A stretch of DNA of 64,000 nucleotides. It comes from Ascoidea asiatica JCM 7603 (taxonomy: Eukaryota > Fungi > Ascomycota). Below, in pieces: positions 25,737 to 35,499 of this stretch (position 1 is its first letter; each line of letters opens with the position of its first letter). The stretch lies in contig BCKQ01000018.1 in the NCBI GenBank assembly GCA_001600695.1, positions 54,818-118,817 of the forward strand, in the 5' to 3' direction. A model generated the notes under the pieces. The model was not told where the DNA came from and searched no databases. It was given only the letters and a program-made list of their open reading frames with translations. The position numbers and the translations under genes are program-made.

Positions 25737-26259
25737 CATTATTATTATCATTATTATTATCATTATTATTTTCATTAATATTATTGTTATTTTGATTATT
25801 TAAACTATTTATAGATTGAATTTCAGAATTATTATTAATTGAATCAAAGAATAAAGAAACAGTTTTTGATTTTAATTTTTGAAAAGGTAAAATAAAAGAA
25901 GATTTACTTTTTTTAAGAGTATTTAATTTAATATTTGAATTTGAATTTGAATTTGAATTTGAATTTGAATTTGAATTTGAATTTGAGTTTGAATTTGAAA
26001 TTTTTTTTTTATTAAGAAATTTAAAGGATGAGCCAGCTCATTAATTTCTTTTTTTAAATTACTATTTATATTATTATTTATATCATTATTTATATCATTA
26101 TTTATATTATTATCTTTAATTTCATTAATTTCATTAATTTGATTAATTTCATCATTATTTATAATATTTAAATCATTATTAATTTTAATTAAAGGAATTT
26201 TAAATTTATTTTTATTTTTATTTAAATTTAAATTATTTAAAGAATTATAATTTAATAAA

Positions 26260-26333
<74 letters not shown>

Positions 26334-27314
26334 TAATGATAAAATTTGAGAAATTTCAAATGAATTTATATTTGAATTTGAAATTGAAATTGAATTATTA
26401 AAATTATGTCTTTGACGAATATGTTTATGTTGATTAATTGAATTATTTGAAGAATTATTATCAAATGAGAGTTGTAAAGTTTTATCATTATCATTATTAT
26501 TATCTAATTCATTAATACTTTTATTATCATTAATTGAATTTAAAGTTATTAAAGATTGAGTAGAGATTGAATTTAAAGAATTAATTAAATTTAATGAATT
26601 ATTTGATTTATTTGAATGAATTGAATATAAATTTGATAAAGTATTATTATTTAATGAATTATTTAATGAATTATTTAATGAATTATTTAATGAATAATTT
26701 AATGAATCATTTATTGAATCATTTGCAGTATATAAACTTCTTGAATCATTTGAAATTGAATTATTTAAATTATTTAAATTATTTAAATTATTTAAATTAT
26801 TTAAATTACTTGGAAATATAATTAAAGGATTATTTGAAATATTATCAATATTATCAAAAGAATCAAAATATTTATTATTTAAATTGTTATTTATGTTATT
26901 ATTTATGTTATTATTTATGTTATTATTTATGTTATTATTTATATTTGAAATGATTTTTTTTTTTCTTTTAATTTTATTAAACATTTTTTTCATTTTTATA
27001 GTATTTGAAATATTATTTTCATTATCATTATCATTTTCATTATCATTATCATTATCATTATCATTTTCATTATCATTATTTATATTTATATTTACATTTT
27101 GATTATTATTGATATTATTATTAATATTATTAATATTATTATTATTTACATTTAAAATAGTCTTATTACTTATCACAGGTATTATTGAAACAGTTTTTAT
27201 ATTTGAATTATTTGAATTATTTGAATTATTTAAATTGGCGGTTATATTTTGATTATGATTATGATTATGATTATGATTATGATTATGATTATTGTTATGA
27301 TTACTATTATTCAT
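21838..27314 (-). CDS. SYT1: Sec7 + PH domain Arf-GEF (~1825 aa if joined). The two track ORFs (25923-27314 and 21838-25011) join through one -1 frameshift near 26001-26025
   Basis: Sec7 motifs LILRKFL..KLPNETEKID and TLLFSLVVLHTDHFNKNNKSKMTK, plus PH-like WKKSYCILT and WVNCIN. The downstream frame is open with no Met from 26037 to 25012 (read codon by codon; contains RRRSKTL). It neighbours MRPL51, as in S. cerevisiae chr XVI. Confidence 0.8.
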
Positions 27315-27463
27315 TATTTTAATATATTTTTGAATAGTTTTAATTATAAATATAAATATAAATATAAGAATTATTGAAATATTTTAAATAAATTAATATT
27401 TAAAAATGTATTAATATTAAGAATGATATTGATATTGATAGTAAGTTATTAATAATTATTGTT

Positions 27464-27537
27464 GAAGAAGAAGAAGAAGAAGAAGAAGAAGAAGAAGAAG
27501 AAGAAGCAGAAGATGGTGGTGGTGGTGGTGGTGGTGG
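27464..27537 (+). repeat. Compound microsatellite (GAA)14-gcagaaga-(TGG)8
   Basis: Directly visible. Lies in the divergent SYT1/METTL16 intergenic region. Confidence 0.9.
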
Positions 27538-27816
27538 ATTTGCTACGGCAATTCATTCCAGACGAGTCGCCGTTGGCTTTCAGCGGGAGTGGCAGCAGAC
27601 CTGCACTGCCACGCTTACAGCCACGCCGAGGATGGGCACTACCAGAGCCGTGGGTCTTTAGTTTCATCGTTTGTGTGTGATTTAAAATAATAACAAGATA
27701 ATCAAGATAATAATAATCATTCAATAAATATGTCAATAAACAAATAAATATTACATAATCTAAATGTAATCTAAAGTTCGTAACCACACGGACGCGGCAC
27801 GGATCCATCTTCATTC

Positions 27817-27853
27817 TCCCCCGGATATACTCCCCGGATATACTCCCCGGATA
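27817..27853. promoter_or_regulatory. Three tandem ~13-bp units (ctccccggatata), each a Mig1-like site on the minus strand (AT-rich + CCGGGG)
   Basis: The repeat is directly visible. It matches SYGGRG with an AT-rich 5' flank; function is inferred. Confidence 0.45.
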
Positions 27854-27960
27854 TTATCAAAATAAAAAAGAACGTTTATTTGAAATATATAAAATAAACA
27901 ATAGAATATACACATATAAACATATAAACATTATATATTATATAAATTAATAACAAAAAA

Positions 27961-29325
27961 ATGTCATTAATAAATTCAAAAAATGATGAATTAATAATAA
28001 ATTTTAAAAATTTATCAAATGAATTTATAATTTTAAAAAATTTTAAAAATTTTAAAAATTTAAATCAATTTCAATTAATTTATTTAAATAATTTAATTTT
28101 AAAAAAATTTTTAAATTTAAATATAAAATTTAATTCTAAATTTTTAATTCCAAGAATTCCAAATAGATATTATTATATAATTTTAATTTATAATTTATTA
28201 TTATTAAATAATTTTAATTATAATTTAAATAATAATTATAATAATTATAATAATTCAAATATTATTGGTATTGATATTGGTACTGGTTCAAATTTAATTT
28301 ATCCATTAATTTTTTCATCATTATTTAAAAAATATTTTAATTTAAATTTATTTAATTTTAAAATTTATTCAACTGAAATTAATAAAAATTCATTAATTTT
28401 ATTAAAAGAAAATTTAAATTTAAATAAAAATTTTATTAAAAATATAATAATTATTGATAATAACAATAACAATAATAATAATTCAATTTTTTTAAATTTA
28501 TTTAAAAATAATATAATTAATGAAAATTTTATAAATTTTTTAATTTGTAATCCTCCATTTCATTCAATTAATAAAATTAATAAAATTAAAACAATTGGTC
28601 AAAATTCTGAATTATATTATAATAATAATGGTGAATCTGATTTTATAATAAATTTATTAATTGAATCAATAAATTTAAAAACTAAATTTAAAATTAAAAT
28701 TCAATGGTTTACTTCAATTATTGGAAAATTTAATTCAATAAATTTAATTTTAAAATTTTTAAAAATTAATAAAAAAATTAAAAATTTTTATATTTTAAAA
28801 TTTTCAATTGGTTATTTAAATAGATTTATTTTAATTTGGTCTTTAAATAATATTAATTTATTTCTTTTTTATAATAATAATTATAATAATAAAATTAATT
28901 TAAATTTTAAAAAATTTTTTTCAATATTTTATTCAAATTTTAAAACTTTTTTTAAAATTTCAAAATTTAATTTAATTAATAATAATGAAATTTTTTTTTT
29001 TTTTATAAAAATTAAATATTCATTTATTTTAAATTTAAATTATTTTAAAATTTTTAAAAATAATTTAAATTCTATTATTATTAAATTTAATTCAAATGTT
29101 TGGTCAAGATCTTATAGAAGAAAAAATTTAAAAAGAATAAATAGTATTAATAAAACTATTAATACTAATAATGAAGATATTGAAAAAAATTATATTATTT
29201 TAGAATTATATTATGATAATTTAGATAATGAAATTTATTTAATTTGGAAACAAGGTAATAATTTTAAAAATTTTGAAAGTTTTTATGGTTATTTAAATAG
29301 AAAATTAATTGAATTAAATTATTAA
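27961..29325 (+). CDS. METTL16/Mtl16/RlmF-family RNA m6A methyltransferase (putative U6 snRNA methylase)
   Basis: LIPRIPNR..YI, SAM motif GIDIGTGSNLIYPL, STEIN, catalytic CNPPF, GESDFI, WFTSIIGK and the fungal C-terminal VWSRSYRRK. Confidence 0.85.
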   Translation: MSLINSKNDELIINFKNLSNEFIILKNFKNFKNLNQFQLIYLNNLILKKFLNLNIKFNSKFLIPRIPNRYYYIILIYNLLLLNNFNYNLNNNYNNYNNSNIIGIDIGTGSNLIYPLIFSSLFKKYFNLNLFNFKIYSTEINKNSLILLKENLNLNKNFIKNIIIIDNNNNNNNNSIFLNLFKNNIINENFINFLICNPPFHSINKINKIKTIGQNSELYYNNNGESDFIINLLIESINLKTKFKIKIQWFTSIIGKFNSINLILKFLKINKKIKNFYILKFSIGYLNRFILIWSLNNINLFLFYNNNYNNKINLNFKKFFSIFYSNFKTFFKISKFNLINNNEIFFFFIKIKYSFILNLNYFKIFKNNLNSIIIKFNSNVWSRSYRRKNLKRINSINKTINTNNEDIEKNYIILELYYDNLDNEIYLIWKQGNNFKNFESFYGYLNRKLIELNY

Positions 29326-29999
29326 ATTTTTTGTAAATAACCTTGATTTATTAATCTTTCAACATCTGAATATCTTACAAAAAATTGAGAATTTTTTGTT
29401 AAATTAAATACACCATATTCAGTTTGAATTTCTCCAATATCTTTTAAAACTCTAACATCAATAAAAATTTCATTTGGAGGTTCTAAAGATCCAGTTAAAT
29501 CAATATCATTATATTCATTTTTATAATCTGTTATTAATTCATTATAACTTTTAAAATATTGTTGTTCATTAAAATTTAAATTATTTAAAATATTATTTTT
29601 TTCATTATTACTACTATTATTATTATTATTTTCATTATCATTATCATTATTACTATTACTATTACTATTACTATTACTATTAATACCAATTTGTATATTA
29701 TCCCAAGATATTTTATTTAACATTTCTGATCTTGATTTTTGATAAGCTAATAAAATTCTTTTATTTCTTCTTAAACATAAATGCATTACAAATAATTGAC
29801 AAGTTTTAGTTCTATTTAATTGTGGTTGTGATTCTGATGTTGATAATAAATTTTCTTGAATTAAATCTATTTTTTTTTGTAATTCATGAATTTCTTTAAT
29901 TATACTTTGAACTAAATCAGAAGAATATTGTGGTAAAGATCCTAAAGATTTTGCTCTTTTGGCTTCTAATATTAATTTTGTTGCAATATCTCCATACAT
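29322..29999 (-). CDS. PSF1: GINS complex subunit Psf1
   Basis: MYGDIATKLILEAKR, LRRNKRILLAYQ, DIDLTGSLEPPNEIFIDVRVLKDIGEIQTEYGVFNLTKNSQFFVR..DVERLINQGYL. Confidence 0.96.
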   Translation of the reverse strand: MYGDIATKLILEAKRAKSLGSLPQYSSDLVQSIIKEIHELQKKIDLIQENLLSTSESQPQLNRTKTCQLFVMHLCLRRNKRILLAYQKSRSEMLNKISWDNIQIGINSNSNSNSNSNNDNDNENNNNNSSNNEKNNILNNLNFNEQQYFKSYNELITDYKNEYNDIDLTGSLEPPNEIFIDVRVLKDIGEIQTEYGVFNLTKNSQFFVRYSDVERLINQGYLQKI

Positions 30000-30140
30000 T
30001 TATTATTATTTTCTACTTCTTCAATTTATTGAATAATTGATCAATTCAATATCAATCAACAAAGCTTTTTTAATAAATTTTGAATAAAAAATGGGGTTTT
30101 TTGATTAAATTTACTCGTTTTCTTTCTTTAAATTTCAAAC

Positions 30141-30146
30141 ACGCGT
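30141..30146. promoter_or_regulatory. MCB element (ACGCGT) in the PSF1 promoter
   Basis: Exact MluI box ~140 nt upstream of a DNA-replication gene, in CpG-poor surroundings. Confidence 0.65.
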
Positions 30147-30377
30147 AAATTTGTTTATATCACGTTATCGCATAAAACCATATAAATATTATAAATATAT
30201 TATAAATAATAATACTTTTTATGTATTGAATATTGATTAACTATTATTTATTCACAGGAATCACCTACAAAATTAATTCTTAATTTAATGAGTGATTTGA
30301 TATGATACAGTTTGTAATTGCAATTGTTACTTTTGGTTTTTTGTTTTTTTATTCTATTTACATTTATTTAACAATCT

Positions 30378-32109
30378 TTACTCTTGTAAAATTTCATCTA
30401 TTTTTTCATTACTGGAAACTCTTTTCATTCCTTTATATTCCATTAAAAATGATCCTCTTCCTTTTGTTAAACTTCTTAATTTACTTAAATATCCAATCAT
30501 TTCTCTTAATGGAACTTCTGCTTTAATTTTTTGTTTACCAAAATTACTATTTTCTGTATTTCCTTTATTTAACATACCACTACTAGCATATGATAATGTT
30601 GGATCAAAAGGTAAATATATTTTTTTAACTTCTTCTCTTGGATTAAATCCAATTTTATTTTCTTTATTATTTAAATTTTTTAATTCAATTTCATCTTCAA
30701 TAACTAAAATTTCTGCTCTTCTTGCAGATGTTAAATCTTGAACAACTTTACCTAAATCTTCATTATCTATAATAACTTCAACATTCATTATAGGTTCTAA
30801 TAATGTAAAATTTTTTTTAATTTCATTATTATCATTCATTATATTATTATTATTATTATTATTATTCATTGCTTCAAAAATTGCACTTCTTGCAACTAAA
30901 AGAATTGGTGTTGTATTAATTAAATCTTTTGCAATATCCCATTTTAAAATTTTTATAATAACACTATGTAAAGGTAAATGTGATAATGGTCCACCTCTTT
31001 GTAATCCAACAATTGCAGAAGAATAAAAACTTTTAATAATATTCTCATATGTTATTTGTAATGGCCAAAAAATTTCTTTATTTTTATTTTTTTTAATTTT
31101 CATTTCTTCTTCTTCTTCTTCTTTTTTAATAAAAAATTCTTGAATATAATCTGGTGATGATTCTATTGGAATATATAATAAATTATTATCAAGTTGTAAA
31201 TCAATACATCCTTCTTGATCATAGAATTCATAATCTTTACAATTTCCTTTAATTGGTTCTATTTTAATTTTAATTTCACAATCAATTTGATTTTCATTTT
31301 TACTATTATTTTGAAATTTTTCAATTATTTCAGTTTCATTTAATAATGATTCTTTATAAGATACCATAACTTTACTCATATCACATTTTGTTTTTAAATC
31401 ATTTATTAATCTATCTCTAACAATTTCTAAATGTAATTCTCCCATACCACTTAAAAGCATTTGTCCAGTTTCTTCATCATTAAAAACTTTTAAAGATGGA
31501 TCTTCTCTTAAAATTATTGATAAATTATTATCTAAAATTTTTTTATCATTTAAAGTTCTTGGTTCAATTGAAGATATAAAAACAGAAGCTGGAATATTAA
31601 TTGGATTTAAAATTAATGAATTTTCAATATTTTTAAAAGATTTTAATCCATCTTTTCTTAATGAATGACATAATAATGTATCTCCAGTTCTAATTTCATT
31701 ATCATTATTTAATGTACCAAAATTATTATTATCAACTGTTTCATTACTTGATATATTATCTAAAGAAGATATTATTGAATTAGAATTATTTGTACTTATA
31801 GATGATAAAAGAGATGCTAATATTACACCTATATTACCACTCGATAATTTATTAACTTCTTGAGTTGAATTTCCATTAATTAATAATAATTTTGTTATTC
31901 TGAATTTTTTATTAGTTCTTGTATTTAATATAGTTGATCCATTTAAAAAAGATCCAGAATAAACTCTAATAAAAATCATAATATTTCTTCTTTCATCTGT
32001 TATGACTTTAAAAGCTAATGATAAAGATAAATTTTTATTATCATTAACAATTAATCCACATTTATTATCAATTTTTATAGAAATTTCATTTTTTTCATTT
32101 TCTTTTACG

Positions 32110-32153
<44 letters not shown>

Positions 32154-33281
32154 GTTATTTTGTTTCTTTTTTTTACCTTTATTTTTGGAGTTTGATCTAT
32201 GATTAATTGAAGTAATATTTGCTTTAATTTCTGGTAAAATAGATTCTATTGGACTTGGTAAATAATTTATTATTGAATCTAATAATGGTTGTACACCAAC
32301 ATTTTTAAAACTTGAACCACATGATACTGGAACAATTTCATTTTTTAAAGTTAAATTTCTAATACATTTTTTAAGTAAAGGTATTGAAACTTTTAAATAA
32401 TCTTCATTATTATTAAAAAAATCTTCAATTAATTCATCATTAAATTCACTAAGAGTTTCAATCATTGATTCTCTAGCTTTTATTAAATCTTTTTTAGCTT
32501 CTTCATAAATAGGATCCACTTTTTCAAAAGATAAATCAATAATTTCAAGTGAATTACCATTTTGATTTTTATTTAAATCCCATAATAATAATTTTTTTTC
32601 AACAACATCAACTAAACCTTTAAATATTCTTTCTCTAGTTGTTGAATTTTGAATAAAATATGGAATATTTAATGTTACAATTTTTGTATTTAATTTCATA
32701 ATAATATCTTTACAAGTTCTAGAAAATCCAGAACCAACTCTATCCATTTTATTAATATAAATTAAACTTGGTAAATTTAAATTTAATCTTGATTGTTTCC
32801 AAACTTTTTCAGTTTGAGATTCAACACCAGCAACAGCATCTAAAATTATTACTGTAGAATCAAGAACTCTTAAAGATCTAGTTACTTCAAAAGTAAAATC
32901 TGCATGACCTGGAGTATCTATTAAATTAATTTTATAATCATTATTCCAAGGAAATGTTACTGCTGCAGATTGAATTGTTATTCCTCTTGATCTTTCTGCA
33001 GGTAAATAATCTGTAATTGTATCACCTTCATCAACATTTCCTATTGAATTTATTAAACCAGAATAATAAAGCATTCTTTCAGTTGTAGTTGTTTTACCAG
33101 CATCTATATGAGCAATTATACCAATATTTCTGGTTTTATTTAATGGAACTGTATTTAAATCATTTTTAGTTTGAGTGGAATAATAACGATTATAATCAAA
33201 ATTAAATGAATTATATCTTTTGAAAGTATTCTTTAAAATATTTGATCTAGCTCTTACAAATGATTCTCGTAAAGATATCAT
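30378..33281 (-). CDS. MEF2: Mitochondrial EF-G2 / ribosome-releasing factor 2
   Basis: Basic presequence, RNIGIIAHIDAGKTTTTERMLYYSG, TDYLPAERSRGITIQSAA, DTPGHADF, NKMD, SGMGELHLEIVRDRL. Confidence 0.93.
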
Positions 33282-33752
33282 TGTAATGAAAAAGTGATTC
33301 TTAAAAGATTAAAACTATTTCTTTTCTCATTTTACCAAGTATTTTTTATAATTTATCTTCAATATCTTCTCAGATCACAATTAATGAAAAATAATTACTG
33401 TATCAATAGGTAAATGAAAAGTTGAAAAATTAAACAATAATAATATTGTATTTAATACAATATCCCATTTATCCCATTTTAGAAGGTATTTGTTAGTGTT
33501 TTAACATACTAAATCAATATATAACTGTTAAAATGGTGATTTAAAATGCATTTCTGCAGGCTTTTCTGTGTAACCGTAATAAATAATTTAAATAATTTAA
33601 CCTTTTGAAAACAAATTCTTTGAAACTTCAAAAAGGTTGAAATTGATAAATTTGGTATTACTCATACAGAAAGTAATACTTAAGAATATTAGAAAACAAA
33701 ACAAAAGAATATATATCTAATAACTATTATTTAATTCAAAATAATAATCATA

Positions 33753-34754
33753 ATGAGTTTAACAGAATCTAAGAATAACAATATAAATGAAGTTTCAGAA
33801 ATAAAAGAAAAGAATTTTGATATTAAAGAATCATATTATAATTTTTTAAAAGAAGATCCAGATATGGCAATGCCAATAGCAGCTATTGAATCATTATTAT
33901 CATTATTAAAATTTAAAGAACCTTCAACACAAGCAGAATTAATTGCAATTCTTAAAAGTAATATTTTAATTTTAAAAAATGAAATTGAAAATTCAATTTC
34001 TTTAAGTGCAGGATGTGATTTATTTATTAGATTTATTTTAAAAAATTTAAATTTATATAAAGATTGGGAAAGTTGTAGAATTCATTTAGTTGAAAATGGA
34101 AATTTATTTTTAAAAAGAAGTAAAGAAAGTAGAGAAAAAATATCATATTATGGTACAAAATTTATCAAAGATGATGATTTAATTTTAATTCATTCATATT
34201 CAAGATGTATATTAAATTTATTAATTAAAGCTAAAAAAGATTATAAATTACGATTTAGAGTTTTTGTTACAGAAGCAAAACCAAATTCAGAAAGAAGTTT
34301 AAAAATGGTAAAATTATTAAGAGAAAATGAAATTCCTTCAAAATTAATATTAGATTCTTCAGTTGGATATATAATTAATAAAATAGATAAAGTTTTAGTT
34401 GGAGCAGAAGGTGTTGCAGAAACTGGTGGAATTATTAATCATATTGGAACTTATCAAATTGGATTATTATGTAAAGCAGCAAATAAACCATTATATGTAG
34501 CTGCAGAAAGTCATAAATTTGTAAGAGAATTTCCTTTAAGTCAAGATGATTTACATAATAAAGAAAATGAAGAATTAATGAATTTTAATAATAGTTCAAA
34601 AGAATCTAGTGAAAATGATATACTTGAAGATTTAAAAAAAAATCCAACATTAGATTTCACACCACATGAATATATAACAGCTTTAATTACAGATTTAGGA
34701 GTTTTAACACCAAGTGCTGTATCTGATGAATTAATAAAAATGTGGTATGAATGA
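33753..34754 (+). CDS. GCN3: eIF2B alpha subunit
   Basis: PIAAIESL, NSISLSAGCDLF, VLVGAEGVAETGGIINHIGT, AESHKFVR.FPL, LITDLGVLTPSAVSDELIKMWY. Confidence 0.96.
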   Translation: MSLTESKNNNINEVSEIKEKNFDIKESYYNFLKEDPDMAMPIAAIESLLSLLKFKEPSTQAELIAILKSNILILKNEIENSISLSAGCDLFIRFILKNLNLYKDWESCRIHLVENGNLFLKRSKESREKISYYGTKFIKDDDLILIHSYSRCILNLLIKAKKDYKLRFRVFVTEAKPNSERSLKMVKLLRENEIPSKLILDSSVGYIINKIDKVLVGAEGVAETGGIINHIGTYQIGLLCKAANKPLYVAAESHKFVREFPLSQDDLHNKENEELMNFNNSSKESSENDILEDLKKNPTLDFTPHEYITALITDLGVLTPSAVSDELIKMWYE

Positions 34755-35280
34755 AATTTACATTATTGATAGTACATTATATAGTTTTTTTAAATAAATG
34801 AAATGTCCTCTGTATTGATTATTATTTTTTTTCAAATTAATAATTATTTTTATTCAATTTGAAATCAACATTCAAGTTAAATCTCAAAAATAATGTTATT
34901 TCAATTTAATGGACTTTAAAGAATGAAATCATAGATACTCCAATCCATAGGTCTACTTCTACTATGATTATTTAAATGAACAGCTAAATCACCTTCTCTC
35001 TACAGCTCTAACTTCAATATTCCGTTTGTTTATATTTTATATTTCAATTCAGTTTCAAAGACAAGAAAAGAATCATCTCAGGAACTACAATAGAGGATCA
35101 TTACAGAAGATCATCAGTCATATACTCCAAGAAGGAGTTGGTTCTGCCTGTTTATACCCTGATGCTAATGCTAACTGTTGGTGAAGCACGCTTGCAGCAA
35201 GATTCTTCGACGCCACTCGTCTTAACAAAGTTGGAAGCAAAAAATACTTAAATATTTAGCGCCGACGCTTTTCAATGGCT

Positions 35281-35289
35281 TTTTGTGAC
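35281..35289 (-). promoter_or_regulatory. MSE (Ndt80/Sum1 site, GTCACAAAA) upstream of the GH17 gene
   Basis: Exact gNCRCAAAW match ~210 nt upstream of ATG 35500. Confidence 0.4.
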
Positions 35290-35499
35290 ATTTGAAGAAG
35301 TAAAAAATAATCTAAATGACAAAATAACTGAATCTAAGAAAGCTCATGTAGATACCATTTTCATACAGTAACCTTTTTTTTTTGTTTTTCTAAGAGAAAA
35401 AATGATAAATTTTTAAAATGAAAAAATATGAAAAAAAGAATTTATAGATGAATAAACTTAGTTAAGTAATGATTTCATAATAAGTAATAATATATCATT

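Noticed and set aside
25923-27314. Independent Asn-rich gene upstream of SYT1
   Set aside because: It ends in an out-of-frame QI repeat overlapping a long Met-free open frame continuous with Sec7, so it is better explained as the SYT1 N-terminus.
35075-35130. AGGATCATT resembling U3 snoRNA box A
   Set aside because: Only a short match; no boxes C'/B/C/D at suitable positions.
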